Part shown: positions 8,873 through 19,258 of the stretch, one piece after another
How positions within the stretch are numbered: position 1 is the first letter of the stretch
How the letters are laid out: every line of letters begins with the position of its first letter
DNA from: Dehalococcoidia bacterium
GTDB lineage: Bacteria > Chloroflexota > Dehalococcoidia > Lucifugimonadales > Australimonadaceae
Assembly (NCBI GenBank): GCA_965220655.1
Contig: CBDCQO010000012.1
Span: 166,931-230,930 of the forward strand
DNA: 64,000 nucleotides
Direction: 5' to 3'
Made by a program: the position numbers and the translations under genes
Notes under the pieces: model-generated
What the model saw: only the letters and a program-made list of their open reading frames with translations
What the model was told of the DNA's origin: nothing
Database searches by the model: none

Positions 8873-9949
8873 TCAGCGGAGCTCGGGGAGGCGGGTGATG
8901 AGGTCGCGGCCGATGTCCTCGATGCGGGCCTTGCCGCACATCATCATCGTGGTCTCCACCTCGTCGCGCAGGATGTCCAGCATGTGCACCACGCCGTAGT
9001 CGCCGGCGTAGGAGAGTCCCCAGAACATGGGCCTGCCGAGCATCACCGCCTTCGCGCCGAGGGCGATGGCCTTGACCACGTCGGTGCCGCGCCGGATGCC
9101 GCCGTCCAGATAGACCTCCACGTCACCCGCAGCTTCGGCGACCTCCGGCAGGGCCTCGATGGTGGGGATGGTGGTGTCGAGGTTCCGTCCGCCGTGGTTG
9201 GAGACGATGAGGGCGTCGACGCCGTGCTCGGCGCAGAGGGCAGCGTCCTCGCGGGTGATGATGCCCTTGAAGACGATGGGCAGGTTGGTGATGGAGCGGA
9301 GCCAGGCCACGTCGTCCCAGGATGCGCCCGGGTCGACGCGGCTGCGGGAGCTGATGCCGGAGTTGAACTTGGTGAGGTCCTTGGGGGGCTCGAGTCCGGG
9401 CGCGTCCCCGGCGGTAGGCTGGCGCTGGTAGGAGTTGCGGATGTTGCGCTCGCGCTTCGGCGGCCAGACGGCGTCGAGCGTCACGCAGATGGCGTCGTAG
9501 CCGTTCTCCTCGGCCATGTGGACGCGGTCCACGGTCTGTTCGCGGTCGCGGTAGAAGTAGGTCTGGTACCACTTTGGGCCGTCGGCTGCGCGGGCTATCT
9601 CCTCCGGGGCGTACGAGCAGTTGGCGCTGACAGCGAGGATGGTGCCGGCGGCTGCGGCTGCCCGAGCGGAGGCGAGTTCGCCGTCCTCGTGGGCGCGCTT
9701 GTGGCTGCCGCACGGGGAGAGCATGAACGGGAGCCCGATGCGGTTGCCGAGCACGGAGACGGAGAGGTCGGCGTCCGGTATGCCCGCGAGCATACGGGGG
9801 CGGAGCGCGATGTGGTCGAACACGGAGCGCGTGCGTTCGAGCGTGATCTCGTCGGTCGCGCCCCCGGCGACGTAGTCCCACTCGTTGAGCGGGAGCGTCT
9901 GCTCGCAGATGGCTTCGAGTTCGTAGAGGTTGATGGGTTCTCCTGACAT
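8873..9949 (-). CDS. FMN-dependent alpha-hydroxy-acid oxidase/dehydrogenase (glycolate oxidase / LldD family)
   Basis: SNHGGRNLD active-site motif and a family-typical N-terminus (NLYELEA..A.. WDYVAGGA). The start was trimmed to Met 69 of the listed ORF, preceded by GAGGAGGG. Confidence 0.9.
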   Translation of the reverse strand: MSGEPINLYELEAICEQTLPLNEWDYVAGGATDEITLERTRSVFDHIALRPRMLAGIPDADLSVSVLGNRIGLPFMLSPCGSHKRAHEDGELASARAAAAAGTILAVSANCSYAPEEIARAADGPKWYQTYFYRDREQTVDRVHMAEENGYDAICVTLDAVWPPKRERNIRNSYQRQPTAGDAPGLEPPKDLTKFNSGISSRSRVDPGASWDDVAWLRSITNLPIVFKGIITREDAALCAEHGVDALIVSNHGGRNLDTTIPTIEALPEVAEAAGDVEVYLDGGIRRGTDVVKAIALGAKAVMLGRPMFWGLSYAGDYGVVHMLDILRDEVETTMMMCGKARIEDIGRDLITRLPELR

Positions 9950-9971
9950 GGCTGTCCCTCCTCGTTGAGTG

Positions 9972-10547
9972 TCAGCAGGAGTCGTCGCCGGTGAGCCGTT
10001 CGAACGGCAGGGCGCGGTCCTGGTAGCGGGCGAGCATGAATACGAGGTCCGAGGCGCGGTTGAGGTAGCGGATGACCTCCGGATTCTCGAGCATGCCCTC
10101 GGTCTGCATCTGCACTGCGCGGCGCTCTGCCCTGCGCAGGATGGAGCGCGCAAGGTCGAGCGCGGAGGAGGCCTGCGTCGCGCCGGGGATGATGAAGCTC
10201 CGGGGGAGCTGCACCTGGGCGCCGAGCGTGTCGATGTCGTGTTCGAGCGCGGCGGTCATATCGGGGGTGACGACGCTGAAGTGGCGTTGGAGGTTGGCGT
10301 ACTCAGCGCGGCCGGTGGCGAGCTCCGCTCCGACGGTGAAGAGCTCGCGCTGGAGGCGTTTGACGATGCGCTGCACGTCGGGGTCGTCGGTAGTGGCGCG
10401 GGCGAGGCCGAGGGCGGAGACGGCTTCGTCGGTAGTGCCGTAGGCCTCGGTGCGGAGATCGCTCTTGGAGATGCGTCCGCCGTAGAGGAGGCCGGTCTCG
10501 CCTTCGTCGCCGTACTTCGTGTAGATCTTGAGGGGCTCGCTGGTCAT
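9972..10547 (-). CDS. ATP:cob(I)alamin adenosyltransferase, PduO type
   Basis: KIYTKYGDEGETGL N-terminus and about 190-aa length are typical of the PduO/MMAB family. The start was trimmed to MTSEPLKIY. Confidence 0.9.
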   Translation of the reverse strand: MTSEPLKIYTKYGDEGETGLLYGGRISKSDLRTEAYGTTDEAVSALGLARATTDDPDVQRIVKRLQRELFTVGAELATGRAEYANLQRHFSVVTPDMTAALEHDIDTLGAQVQLPRSFIIPGATQASSALDLARSILRRAERRAVQMQTEGMLENPEVIRYLNRASDLVFMLARYQDRALPFERLTGDDSC

Positions 10548-10648
10548 TTCGCGGGGATTATACGTGCGCCGGGGGACGTAGTTCTTCCCATCCACGCGCC
10601 CGCCCGCTGCGGGGTCGGGCGAAGGTCTCTTATGGGAGTGGAGCGCGG

Positions 10649-10677
10649 TTGACACAGGAGTAAGCTTGCGGTAGCAT
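10649..10677 (+). promoter_or_regulatory. Putative sigma-70-type promoter of the str operon
   Basis: TTGACA (10649-10654), a 17-nt spacer, then TAGCAT (10672-10677), about 70 nt upstream of rpsL. Confidence 0.45.
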
Positions 10678-10749
10678 CCCCATGTTCGTGCCCGAACGGG
10701 TACGGATTCGGCAGAACGGTTTACGAAAAGCGCAGGGAGTACCGCACAA

Positions 10750-11160
10750 GTGCCTACCGTCAACCAGTTGGTGCGTCATGGACGCAAGCGCGTGGTGAAG
10801 AAGACCAAGGCGCCTGCGCTCCGTTTCGTGCGGAACAGCCTGCGTAACCGAGTGTACCGGGGGGACGGCAGCCCGCAGAAGCTGGGGGTTTGCGTCCAGG
10901 TGCGAACGGTTACGCCGAAGAAGCCGAACTCCGCTCTGCGGAAGGTGGCCCGCGTGCGCATGACGAACGGGATGGAGGTCACGGCCTACATACCGGGAGA
11001 GGGCCACACGCTGCAGGAGCACTCTGTCGTCCTGATCCGCGGAGGCCGCGTGAAGGACCTGCCGGGCGTTCGCTACCACATCATCCGTGGGGCGCTCGAC
11101 GCAACGGGGGTCAACGGCCGGAAGCAGGGGCGGAGCAAGTACGGGACCAAGCGCCAGTAA
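10750..11160 (+). CDS. rpsL: 30S ribosomal protein S12
   Basis: PTVNQLVR...[10 protein letters not shown] signature. GTG start. Confidence 0.98.
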   Translation: MPTVNQLVRHGRKRVVKKTKAPALRFVRNSLRNRVYRGDGSPQKLGVCVQVRTVTPKKPNSALRKVARVRMTNGMEVTAYIPGEGHTLQEHSVVLIRGGRVKDLPGVRYHIIRGALDATGVNGRKQGRSKYGTKRQ

Positions 11161-11279
11161 GTTCACTGGAGGGTCCCGTTCTCCAATTCGTAATTGGCAG
11201 AGACGCGGTTCGCTGGCGCGATCTGCGGGCTTGGCGTCATAGGTTGTTGCGCTCCGGCGCAAGGGAGGAAAGCGAATAG

Positions 11280-11750
11280 ATGTCTCGTCGACGACGTGCT
11301 GAGCGCCGCGTGCCTGTAGCGGACCCCCGCTACGGGAGTGTGACGCTGGCCAGCTTCATCAACCGCGTCATGCTGAACGGCAAGAAGACGGTTGCGCAGC
11401 GCAGCGTGTACCAGGCGCTCGACCAAGTGGCGCAGGAGACGAACCGCGACGCGATGGAGGTGTTCCAGACCGCGCTGCGGAACGTCACGCCGACGGTCGA
11501 AGTGAAGCCACGACGCGTGGGCGGCGCGACCTACCAAGTGCCCGTAGAGGTGCCGGAGCGGCGCCGGAACGCGCTGGCGATGCGCTGGCTCATACGCTTC
11601 GCGCGTGCGCGCGGCGGGCAGCCGATGCGCTCCCGGCTGGCGGCCGAGATCATCGACGCGTCGCGGGGACAGGGCGCGGCAGCACGCCGCCGCGAAGAGA
11701 TGCACAGAATGGCCGAGGCGAACCGGGCGTTCGTCCATTACCGCTGGTAG
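11280..11750 (+). CDS. rpsG: 30S ribosomal protein S7
   Basis: 156 aa with a typical S7 sequence ending in AFVHYRW. Confidence 0.98.
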   Translation: MSRRRRAERRVPVADPRYGSVTLASFINRVMLNGKKTVAQRSVYQALDQVAQETNRDAMEVFQTALRNVTPTVEVKPRRVGGATYQVPVEVPERRRNALAMRWLIRFARARGGQPMRSRLAAEIIDASRGQGAAARRREEMHRMAEANRAFVHYRW

Positions 11751-11760
11751 GAACTCATAC

Positions 11761-13827
11761 ATGACTGTTGACCTGCAGAAAGTCCGAAACATCGGATTCA
11801 TCGCCCACATCGACGCCGGCAAGACGACGGTGACCGAGCGGGTGCTGTTCTTCACAGGCCGAACCTACAAGTTGGGCGAGGTGCACGAGGGCACGGCGGT
11901 GATGGACTGGATGGCCCAGGAGCGCGAGCGCGGCATCACGATAACGTCCGCCGCAACGCGTGCCGCCTGGAAGGGCCATCAGATCAATATCATCGACACG
12001 CCGGGTCACGTGGACTTTACGGCGGAAGTGGAGCGAAGCCTCCGTGTACTCGACGGAGGCGTTGTTGTGTTCGACGCGGTCGCGGGAGTGCAGCCGCAGT
12101 CCGAGACGGTATGGCGCCAAGCCGACCGATACGGAGTGCCGCGCATCTGCTTCGTGAACAAGATGGACCGCATCGGCGCGGACTTCGAAAAGACGATGGA
12201 CTCTATCCGGCACCGGCTCAAAGCGGTGCCGGTTCCTGTGCAGTACCCGATCGGGGCCGAAGACCAGTTCCACGGGGTCATCGACCTTGTGGAAGAGAAG
12301 GCGTGGTTCTTCGAGCGCGGCGGCGCGTCCGGCGAGTTACGCGAGGGCGAGATACCGTCCGAACTGCGCGAGGAAGCGGCCCAGATACGCGAGGAGATGA
12401 TCGAGCGGGTCGCGGAGAACGACGAGCACGTGCTCGAACAGTTCCTCTCCGGCGAGACTCCCTCACCGGAAGAGATCAAGGCCGCTCTCCGGCGGGCGAC
12501 GATAGCGAACCACGCGGTGCCGGTCGTGTGCGGCTCAGCGCTCCAGAGCCTGGGCGTGCAACTGGTGCTGGACGCAGTGCTGGACTACCTGCCGTCGCCG
12601 CTGGACGTTCCCGCGGTGGTCGGGAAGGCGCCCAACAACGAGAACGAGGTCGAGCGCAAGGCGGACATCTCCGAACCGTTCGCGGCGCTGGCGTTCAAGG
12701 TCGTGTCCGACCCCTACGTGGGGCGGCTCGTCTACTTCCGGGTGTACTCCGGCTCCATGAAAGCGGGAGCGAGCGTGTACAACTCCATCAAAGGAGTGCG
12801 GGAGCGGATGGGGCGCATCATGTTCATGCATGCGAATCACCGGGAAGAGGCGGAAAGCATCTCCGTCGGTGAGATCGGCGCGGCGGTGGGACTGAAGAAC
12901 ACGTTCACGGGCGAGACGATCTGCGACGAGAAACAGCCCATCATGCTGGAGTCGATCCGCTTCGCGGAGCCGGTGATCTCGGTGGCTATCGAGCCGGCGA
13001 CGCGAGCCGAGCAGGACAAGCTGACCGACTCGCTCATCAAGCTGGCGGAGGAAGACCCGACGTTCCGTGTGCGGTACGACAAGGAGACCGGCCAGACGGT
13101 GATGTCCGGCATGGGCGAACTGCACCTGGAGATCCTGGTCGACCGGCTGAAGCGCGAGTTCAACGTGAACGCGGCGATAGGCCGCCCGCAGGTGGCGTAC
13201 CGGGAGGCGATCACCCATGCGTCGAAGGCGCAGGGGCGTTTCGTGCGTCAGACCGGCGGGCGGGGCCAGTTCGGCGACTGCGTGCTGGAGATCGAGCCGG
13301 GCCAGCAGGGCTCCGGCTTCCAGTTCGAGAACCGGATCGTCGGCGGCGCGATCCCGCGGGAGTACATCCCGGCGGTCAGCAAGGGCGCCGAGGAGGCACT
13401 GCTCACGGGCGTCATCGCGGGCTACCCGGTGATGGACGTCAAGGTTGCCGTCGTGGACGGTTCCTTCCACGCGGTGGACTCGTCCGAGATGGCGTTCAAG
13501 ATCGCGGCGTCCATGGCGATAAAGGACGCGCTGTCCAAGGCGGGGCCCGTGCTGCTGGAGCCGATGATGGAGCTGCAGGTCATCACGCCTGGTGAATACC
13601 TGGGCGAGGTGCTGGCAGACCTGAACAGCCGCAGGGGCAGGATCAAGTCGATGGAAGGCCAGGGCGACACGCAGGTGCTCGAGGCGGACGCTCCGCTGGT
13701 GGAGATGTTCGGCTATGCGACAGACCTGCGGTCGGTGACGCAGGGCAGGGCGAACTACTCGATGGAGTTCGGACGCTACGAGAAGGCGCCGGAGTCCACC
13801 GTGCAGGCCGTGGCCCGCAGCGCATAG
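11761..13827 (+). CDS. fusA: Elongation factor G
   Basis: [15 protein letters not shown]1 motif and DTPGHVDF. 688 aa. The start was trimmed from the listed ORF (11605) to ATG 11761. Confidence 0.97.
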   Translation: MTVDLQKVRNIGFIAHIDAGKTTVTERVLFFTGRTYKLGEVHEGTAVMDWMAQERERGITITSAATRAAWKGHQINIIDTPGHVDFTAEVERSLRVLDGGVVVFDAVAGVQPQSETVWRQADRYGVPRICFVNKMDRIGADFEKTMDSIRHRLKAVPVPVQYPIGAEDQFHGVIDLVEEKAWFFERGGASGELREGEIPSELREEAAQIREEMIERVAENDEHVLEQFLSGETPSPEEIKAALRRATIANHAVPVVCGSALQSLGVQLVLDAVLDYLPSPLDVPAVVGKAPNNENEVERKADISEPFAALAFKVVSDPYVGRLVYFRVYSGSMKAGASVYNSIKGVRERMGRIMFMHANHREEAESISVGEIGAAVGLKNTFTGETICDEKQPIMLESIRFAEPVISVAIEPATRAEQDKLTDSLIKLAEEDPTFRVRYDKETGQTVMSGMGELHLEILVDRLKREFNVNAAIGRPQVAYREAITHASKAQGRFVRQTGGRGQFGDCVLEIEPGQQGSGFQFENRIVGGAIPREYIPAVSKGAEEALLTGVIAGYPVMDVKVAVVDGSFHAVDSSEMAFKIAASMAIKDALSKAGPVLLEPMMELQVITPGEYLGEVLADLNSRRGRIKSMEGQGDTQVLEADAPLVEMFGYATDLRSVTQGRANYSMEFGRYEKAPESTVQAVARSA

Positions 13828-13838
13828 GAGAACGGAAC

Positions 13839-14189
13839 GTGGTTGAACAGACAACACGAGTGCGGAGCAACCAGCCGCCCGGGCCGGGACAGAAGGTCCG
13901 CATCGTTCTGCGGGCGTTCGATCACAAGCTCGTCGATCAGTCGTCGGGCCAGATCGTGGAGGCGGCGGAACGGACAGGCGCAGCGGTATCCGGCCCGGTC
14001 CCCCTGCCGACGCGCATCAAGCGGTTCTGCGTGATCCGCTCGCCGCACATCGACAAGGACTCGCGCGAGCATTTCGAACTGCGGACGCACAAGCGGCTCG
14101 TGGACATCCTGGACCCCAACTCCAAGACGATAGACGCACTGACCCGCCTGCAGATGCCTGCGGGCGTGGACATCTCCATCAAGTTGTAG
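13839..14189 (+). CDS. rpsJ: 30S ribosomal protein S10 (about 14 extra N-terminal residues)
   Basis: [11 protein letters not shown]...[16 protein letters not shown] start 7 nt after AGGAGA, directly following the fusA stop. Confidence 0.95.
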   Translation: MVEQTTRVRSNQPPGPGQKVRIVLRAFDHKLVDQSSGQIVEAAERTGAAVSGPVPLPTRIKRFCVIRSPHIDKDSREHFELRTHKRLVDILDPNSKTIDALTRLQMPAGVDISIKL

Positions 14190-14196
14190 CGGAACG

Positions 14197-15327
14197 ATGA
14201 TCGAAGGACTGATAGGCAAGAAGATAGGGATGACGCACCTCTTTGCATCAGAAGCGCGAGTCATCCCCGTCACTGTGCTCGAAGTCGGGCCTTGTGTCGT
14301 CACGCAGGTCCGCACCGAGGAGCGCGACGGGTACGAAGCCGTTCAACTCGGTTACGGCTCGGTGAAGCAGTTGAGCAGACCCGCAGCGGGTCATCTGGCA
14401 TCGTCGGGCGCGCGGGTACGGCACCTGCGCGAGTTCGGCTCAGACGACGTCTCCTCCTACAAGGTAGGCCAGGAGTTGCGAGTCAACCAGTTCCAGGCCG
14501 ACGACTTCGTCGACGTGGTCTCGACAACCAAGGGCCGCGGTTTCCAGGGCGCGATGCGGCGTCACGGGTTCGGCGGCGGACAGAAAACGCACGGTCAGGG
14601 CGACCGTGGCCGAGCGGTCGGCTCCATCGGCGCGGGGACGTACCCGGGCCGCGTGTTGAAGGGCAAGAAGATGCCCGGCCACATGGGCAACAAGCGCAAG
14701 ACCGTCCGCAAGCTCAAGGTTGTCGAGGTGGACGTCGAGCGCAACCTGCTGTTCGTGCGGGGCGCCGTTCCCGGCTCGCGCAACACCACGGTGATGGTGC
14801 GCTACGCACACGGGGTCCCAGTAGCGGAGCGCATCATTCCTGAGGAGCCGGTTGCCGAGATCGAGGAAGAAGTGGTCGAGGAGACGGTTGCGGAGGTCGC
14901 CGAGCCGGTAGTCGAGGCGGTCGCAGAGTCGGCTGCCCCTGAGGAATCGGCGGCTGAAGTGGCACAGGACGAACCTGCCTCAGAGGCGGAGGAACCGGTG
15001 CAGGAGGAGGCGGCAGCCGAAGCGGAGGAGCCGGTAGCGGAAGTCGAGGAGACTGCTGCAGAGGAACCGGCAGCGGAAGCCGAAGAGGCTACTGCGGAGG
15101 AGCCAGCGGCGGAGACGTCGCAGGAAGAGCCTGTCGCAGAAGTTGAAGAGCCCGCAGCCGAAGCCGACGAGACGCCGAGTGACGAAGCGTCGGCGGAGGA
15201 AGCATCTTCCGATGAGCCTGCGGTGGAGGAGGCGCCGGTTGAGAATGCGCCTGCCGACGATGCGTCGGTCGATGAGGCCGAGGGCGAGGACGCCGAGCAA
15301 TCCGACAAAGAGGAGGAGCGTTCCTGA
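14197..15327 (+). CDS. rplC: 50S ribosomal protein L3 with a ~166-aa acidic C-terminal extension
   Basis: The canonical L3 core covers aa 1 to ~210 ([17 protein letters not shown]). This is followed by an E/A/P/V-rich tail. The stop overlaps the rplD start (TGATG). Confidence 0.93.
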   Translation: MIEGLIGKKIGMTHLFASEARVIPVTVLEVGPCVVTQVRTEERDGYEAVQLGYGSVKQLSRPAAGHLASSGARVRHLREFGSDDVSSYKVGQELRVNQFQADDFVDVVSTTKGRGFQGAMRRHGFGGGQKTHGQGDRGRAVGSIGAGTYPGRVLKGKKMPGHMGNKRKTVRKLKVVEVDVERNLLFVRGAVPGSRNTTVMVRYAHGVPVAERIIPEEPVAEIEEEVVEETVAEVAEPVVEAVAESAAPEESAAEVAQDEPASEAEEPVQEEAAAEAEEPVAEVEETAAEEPAAEAEEATAEEPAAETSQEEPVAEVEEPAAEADETPSDEASAEEASSDEPAVEEAPVENAPADDASVDEAEGEDAEQSDKEEERS

Positions 15328-15980
15328 TGCAACTTCCTCTGTATGACCTGAGCGCGAACGGCACGGACACGCTGGAAGTCAGCGACGTGGTCTTCGGCGC
15401 TCCGGAGAACTCCGAGCTGCTGCACCAGGCGCTGGTGTACCACCGCGCGAACCAGCGGCAGGGCTCCAGCAACACCCTGACGCGCGGACAGGTGAACGGC
15501 ACCGGCCGCAAACCTTTCTCGCAGAAGGGCACCGGCCGGGCACGGCAGGGCTCCTGGAAGTCGCCGCACCACCGCGGAGGCGGTGTGGCCTTCGGGCCGA
15601 CGCCCCGTTCGTACCGGCAACGGATGCCGAAACAGATGCGCCGGCAGGCGATCCGGACGGCGCTGTCGGGCAAGGTGGCCGCAGAGCGGCTGTTCGTTGT
15701 CGACGGGCTGGACTCGATAGAGCAGAAGACGAAGGCGATGGCAGGAGTGCTCTCTGCCTTCGAGGTGAAGGGCTCAGCGCTGGTGGTGCTGGGAGCGGAA
15801 TCGCAGACCGGAGTCGCGGTGCGGAACATCCCCCGCGTGAAGGCCATCCGCGCCGACCTGGTGAACGTGTTGGACCTGCTTCGCTACGACGCAGTGCTCA
15901 TGAGCCCCGACGCGGCCCGTCGCACGGACGAGATATGGTCGGACACCCGTCGGGTGCGGACGCAGGAGGCGGTGGCCTGA
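15327..15980 (+). CDS. rplD: 50S ribosomal protein L4
   Basis: Typical L4 motifs ([19 protein letters not shown]). Confidence 0.96.
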   Translation: MQLPLYDLSANGTDTLEVSDVVFGAPENSELLHQALVYHRANQRQGSSNTLTRGQVNGTGRKPFSQKGTGRARQGSWKSPHHRGGGVAFGPTPRSYRQRMPKQMRRQAIRTALSGKVAAERLFVVDGLDSIEQKTKAMAGVLSAFEVKGSALVVLGAESQTGVAVRNIPRVKAIRADLVNVLDLLRYDAVLMSPDAARRTDEIWSDTRRVRTQEAVA

Positions 15981-16267
15981 TGCATATCTTCCAGGTGCTC
16001 AAGCGTCCGTTGATCACGGAGAAGTCAACCCTGCTGCAAGAGCAGAACAAGTACGTCTTCGAAGTGATGCCATCTGCGAACAAGGTGCAGGTGCGCGAGG
16101 CGGTGCAGCGGGCCTTCGAGGTCAAGGTTACGAACGTGAACATGGTGCACACCGCGGGAGAGAACCGACGCCTGCGCAATGGGCGGTGGCTTCGGACTCC
16201 GGCGACGAAGAAGGCGATCGTTACCGTCGCTCCAGGCGACACGATCCAGTTGTTCGAGGGAGCGTAA
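15980..16267 (+). CDS. rplW: 50S ribosomal protein L23
   Basis: [17 protein letters not shown]-terminus. The ATG overlaps the rplD stop. Confidence 0.95.
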   Translation: MHIFQVLKRPLITEKSTLLQEQNKYVFEVMPSANKVQVREAVQRAFEVKVTNVNMVHTAGENRRLRNGRWLRTPATKKAIVTVAPGDTIQLFEGA

Positions 16268-16269
16268 CG

Positions 16270-17100
16270 ATGCCGTTGAAGCGATTGAACCCCACCAGCC
16301 CCGGCGTCCGCGCCGCGGTACGCCCCGACTTCTCGGAGGTGACGCGACGGTCGCCACACAAGCCACTGACGAAGGGTCTCCACAAGAGCGGAGGCAGGAA
16401 CGTCCGCGGCAAGATGACCGTCCGGCACCGCGGAGGCGGCGCGAAACGGGCATGGCGCGACATCGACTTCAAGCGCAACAAGCCCGGCGTCCCCTGCAAG
16501 GTGGAGTCCATCGAGTACGACCCGAACCGCTCCGCGCGTATCGCGCTGTTGCTGTACGCGGACGGAGCGCGGCGCTACATCCTCGCCCCCGGCGGTGTGA
16601 AGGTGGGCGATTCCCTGGTGTCCGGCCCGGACGCAGAGATACGCGTGGGAAACGCGATGCCCCTGCGGAACATCCCGACGGGCACGATGGTGCACAACAT
16701 CGAGTTGCAGCCAGGCAAGGGCGGCCAGATGTGCCGGGGCGCCGGCACCGGCGCGCAACTGCTTGCCCGTGACGATGAGACGGCCCTGTTGCGGCTGCCC
16801 TCCGGCCAGATTCGGCGTGTCCCGAGCACGTGTCAGGCCACGATAGGCCAGGTGGGCAATGCGGAACACAAGAACGCGTCGCTGGGGAAGGCCGGGCGGA
16901 ACCGGCACCTCGGCAAGCGCCCGCACACGCGCGGTACCGCGATGAACCCGAGCGATCACCCCCACGGCGGCGGCGAGGGCCGCGCAGGCATCGGGATGAC
17001 GCACCCGAAGACCCCGTGGGGCAAGCCCGCGCTGGGTCCGAAGACGCGCCGTCGTATGCACACGGACGTGTTCATCGTTCGTGACAGGAGGAAGCGGTAA
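16270..17100 (+). CDS. rplB: 50S ribosomal protein L2
   Basis: [14 protein letters not shown] start and the [16 protein letters not shown] motif. The start was trimmed from the listed ORF. Confidence 0.97.
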   Translation: MPLKRLNPTSPGVRAAVRPDFSEVTRRSPHKPLTKGLHKSGGRNVRGKMTVRHRGGGAKRAWRDIDFKRNKPGVPCKVESIEYDPNRSARIALLLYADGARRYILAPGGVKVGDSLVSGPDAEIRVGNAMPLRNIPTGTMVHNIELQPGKGGQMCRGAGTGAQLLARDDETALLRLPSGQIRRVPSTCQATIGQVGNAEHKNASLGKAGRNRHLGKRPHTRGTAMNPSDHPHGGGEGRAGIGMTHPKTPWGKPALGPKTRRRMHTDVFIVRDRRKR

Positions 17101-17103
17101 GCC

Positions 17104-17391
17104 ATGTCGCGCTCAGTGAAGAAGGGGCCGTACGTGCACCCGAAACTCGCGAAGAAGGTCACCCGCGCCCAGAACTCGGGCACGAAGGTGGTCATCACGA
17201 CGTGGTCGCGCGCTTCGACCATCATGCCGGACATGCTTGGCATGACGATCGCGGTGCATGACGGGCGTCGGCACATCCCGGTGTTCATCACGGAGAACAT
17301 GGTGGGGCACAAGCTGGGCGAGTTCGCTCCAACCCGGACGTTCCGCGGCCATATCTCCAAGTCAGAGCGTCAGTCTTCGGTGAGGCGGTAG
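17104..17391 (+). CDS. rpsS: 30S ribosomal protein S19
   Basis: [11 protein letters not shown]...[11 protein letters not shown]. Confidence 0.97.
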   Translation: MSRSVKKGPYVHPKLAKKVTRAQNSGTKVVITTWSRASTIMPDMLGMTIAVHDGRRHIPVFITENMVGHKLGEFAPTRTFRGHISKSERQSSVRR

Positions 17392-17394
17392 GCG

Positions 17395-17733
17395 ATGCCG
17401 GTCCGAGCAACAGGCAGGCAGGTCGGGATATCACCCAAGCGGGTGCGTCCACTGCTGCGCGCGCTGCAGGGGCGGCCCGTGCAGGCCGCGCTCAACGAGC
17501 TGCGGTTCCAGCCGGGGCCTACCGCGGAGGAAGTGCTGTCGCTGTTGAAGTCGGCGGCAGCGAATGCCGAGAACAACGAACAGATGGACCCGACGAGGCT
17601 GGTAGTGGTGTCTGCCTACGCTAACCAGGCGGTAAAGATACGCCGGTTCCGCGCACGGTCGCGAGGCCGCGTGAGCCGCATCGCCCGGCAGGCGAGCCAC
17701 ATCACGATCGTCGTGGACGAACAGGGAGACTGA
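17395..17733 (+). CDS. rplV: 50S ribosomal protein L22
   Basis: Typical L22 sequence and operon position. Confidence 0.95.
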   Translation: MPVRATGRQVGISPKRVRPLLRALQGRPVQAALNELRFQPGPTAEEVLSLLKSAAANAENNEQMDPTRLVVVSAYANQAVKIRRFRARSRGRVSRIARQASHITIVVDEQGD

Positions 17734-17737
17734 GCGC

Positions 17738-18631
17738 GTGGGACACAAGACACATCCCATCGGTTTCCGCCTTGGCGTGATCAAGGGCTGGCAGTCGCGC
17801 TGGTTCGCGGGTACGGGCAAGCAGTACTCCGAGCAGGTCGTGGAGGACTGGCGCATCCGCGAAGTGATCCGCAAGCAGTATGCCGAGGCCGGCATCTCAC
17901 GGGTGGAGATCGAGCGGAGCACGCAGGACATCACGATCAACGTGCACACTGCGCGTCCCGGCATCGTTATCGGCCGGGGCGGTCAGCGCGTGGACGAGCT
18001 GCGGAAGCTCGTGGAAGGCGCCGCAGGCGGGAAGCGGGTCCGGCTCAACGTGCTGGAGATACGCCAGCCGGAGCTGGACGCGTATCTCGTCGCGAGGAAC
18101 GTGGCGGACCAACTGGAACGCCGTGTGATGTACCGCCGCGCGACGCGTCAGGCGGTGATGCGCTCCATGCAGGCCGGGGCCCGCGGGATCAAGGTGATGG
18201 TATCCGGACGCCTGGGCGGCGCAGAGATCGCCCGGCGCGAGAAGGTGATGGATGGCCGCGTACCGCTGCACACGCTGCGCGCCGACATCGATTACGGGCT
18301 GGCTGAAGCGAATACGACGATGGGCCGCATCGGCGTGAAGGTATGGATATACCGGGGCGACGTGCTCAAGGAGCCTGAACGCGCCCAGCCTGCTGCGCCC
18401 GAGGTCCCGGCGGAGATCGTCGCCGCGGCCCAGGAGGCGCTCGCTGCGCAGGCCTCGGGCACCGCGACGGCCGTCGCTGAACCTGAGGCAGCTCCGGTTG
18501 CCGTGGAAGAGAGCGAGCCTGAGGCGGTGGAGGAGCAGGTAGTAGAGGAGACTCCTGAGGCGGCCCCGGAAAGCGCCGTCGAGGACGCAGAGAACGAGGG
18601 AGAAGCAGATGCTTCAACCGAAGAGAACTAA
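17738..18631 (+). CDS. rpsC: 30S ribosomal protein S3 with a ~85-aa acidic C-terminal extension
   Basis: [13 protein letters not shown] start, with KH and S3-C domains up to about aa 212, then an A/E/P/V-rich tail. The last 23 nt overlap rplP. Confidence 0.94.
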   Translation: MGHKTHPIGFRLGVIKGWQSRWFAGTGKQYSEQVVEDWRIREVIRKQYAEAGISRVEIERSTQDITINVHTARPGIVIGRGGQRVDELRKLVEGAAGGKRVRLNVLEIRQPELDAYLVARNVADQLERRVMYRRATRQAVMRSMQAGARGIKVMVSGRLGGAEIARREKVMDGRVPLHTLRADIDYGLAEANTTMGRIGVKVWIYRGDVLKEPERAQPAAPEVPAEIVAAAQEALAAQASGTATAVAEPEAAPVAVEESEPEAVEEQVVEETPEAAPESAVEDAENEGEADASTEEN

Positions 18632-19034
18632 GTTCCGGAAGCAGCATCGCGGCCGCATGCGCGGCATGGCGGTGCGGGGCAGTTCCGTGCGCTTCGGCGA
18701 TTTCGGCCTGAAGACGCTGGACGCGGGCTGGATAACCGCGCGCCAGATCGAGGCAGGTCGCCGCGCCATCACGCGTCACCTCCGCCGTGGCGGAAAGGTG
18801 TGGATCAGGGTGTTCCCGGCCAAACCCATCACGCGCAAGCCGGCCGAGACCCGGCAGGGCGGCGGCAAGGGCCCGGTGGACGCCTGGGTCGCTCTGGTGA
18901 AGCCGGGGCGGGTGATGTACGAGGTCGGCGGGGTGCCCGCAGAGCTCGCGAAGGAAGCGCTTGCGCGCGCAGCGCAGAAGATGCCGGTGCAAACCAGGAT
19001 GGTAAGCAGGGAGGAACCGCTGGTTACCAGTTAG
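18609..19034 (+). CDS. rplP: 50S ribosomal protein L16
   Basis: [18 protein letters not shown]-terminus. Confidence 0.97.
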   Translation: MLQPKRTKFRKQHRGRMRGMAVRGSSVRFGDFGLKTLDAGWITARQIEAGRRAITRHLRRGGKVWIRVFPAKPITRKPAETRQGGGKGPVDAWVALVKPGRVMYEVGGVPAELAKEALARAAQKMPVQTRMVSREEPLVTS

Positions 19035-19048
19035 CGGTGAGATAGAGC

Positions 19049-19258
19049 ATGAGAGCCAAGATAGAAACGGTACGGGCGCTGTCCGACGAACGCCTCAAGG
19101 AAGAGGAGTTCAGCACGCGCCTGGAACTGATGAACCTGCGCTTCAAGGTGGCGACGCGTCAACTCTCGGACCCGTCGGAGTTGCGGGACGCGAAGCGCCG
19201 CCTTGCGCACATCCTGACCGTGGCCCGGGAACGCGAACTCATGGGAGGCGCGCTATGA
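19049..19258 (+). CDS. rpmC: 50S ribosomal protein L29
   Basis: 69 aa with an L29-like helical sequence, in the expected operon position. Confidence 0.9.
   Translation: MRAKIETVRALSDERLKEEEFSTRLELMNLRFKVATRQLSDPSELRDAKRRLAHILTVARERELMGGAL

Noticed and set aside
8867-8875. Convergent genes (diiron protein / alpha-hydroxy-acid oxidase) separated by 3 nt without a terminator hairpin; similarly 42767-42780
   Set aside because: This is noted as compact gene packing only. I have no evidence of a regulatory antisense mechanism.
11161-11279. rpsL-rpsG 119-nt spacer with a small ttgcgc/gcgcaa hairpin, considered as an S7 autoregulatory site
   Set aside because: It is plausible by analogy with E. 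coli, but the 6-bp stem is too weak for me to call a feature from the sequence alone.
11605-11760. Upstream-extended starts of many listed ORFs (fusA 11605, rplW 15935, rplB 16186, rplX 19949, rplF 22114, adk 25494, rpsM 27475, metK 35117, ahcY 36600, mtnP 37733, recF 39797, gatC 44610, DUF971 45636, dinB 47669, hup 48018, korB-like 54820, lpdA 57886, LldD-like 10153, PduO 10763)
   Set aside because: The extensions are Arg/Pro/Gly-rich, overlap the preceding gene, and bypass family-typical N-termini that have proper SD spacing. All were trimmed.
14802-15620. Ser/Ala-rich 272-aa ORF, and similarly 19362-20177 (271 aa)
   Set aside because: These are antisense mirror images of the GAG/GCN-rich acidic tails of rplC and rpsQ. 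Antisense of E/A codons necessarily reads as S/A/L-rich open frame.
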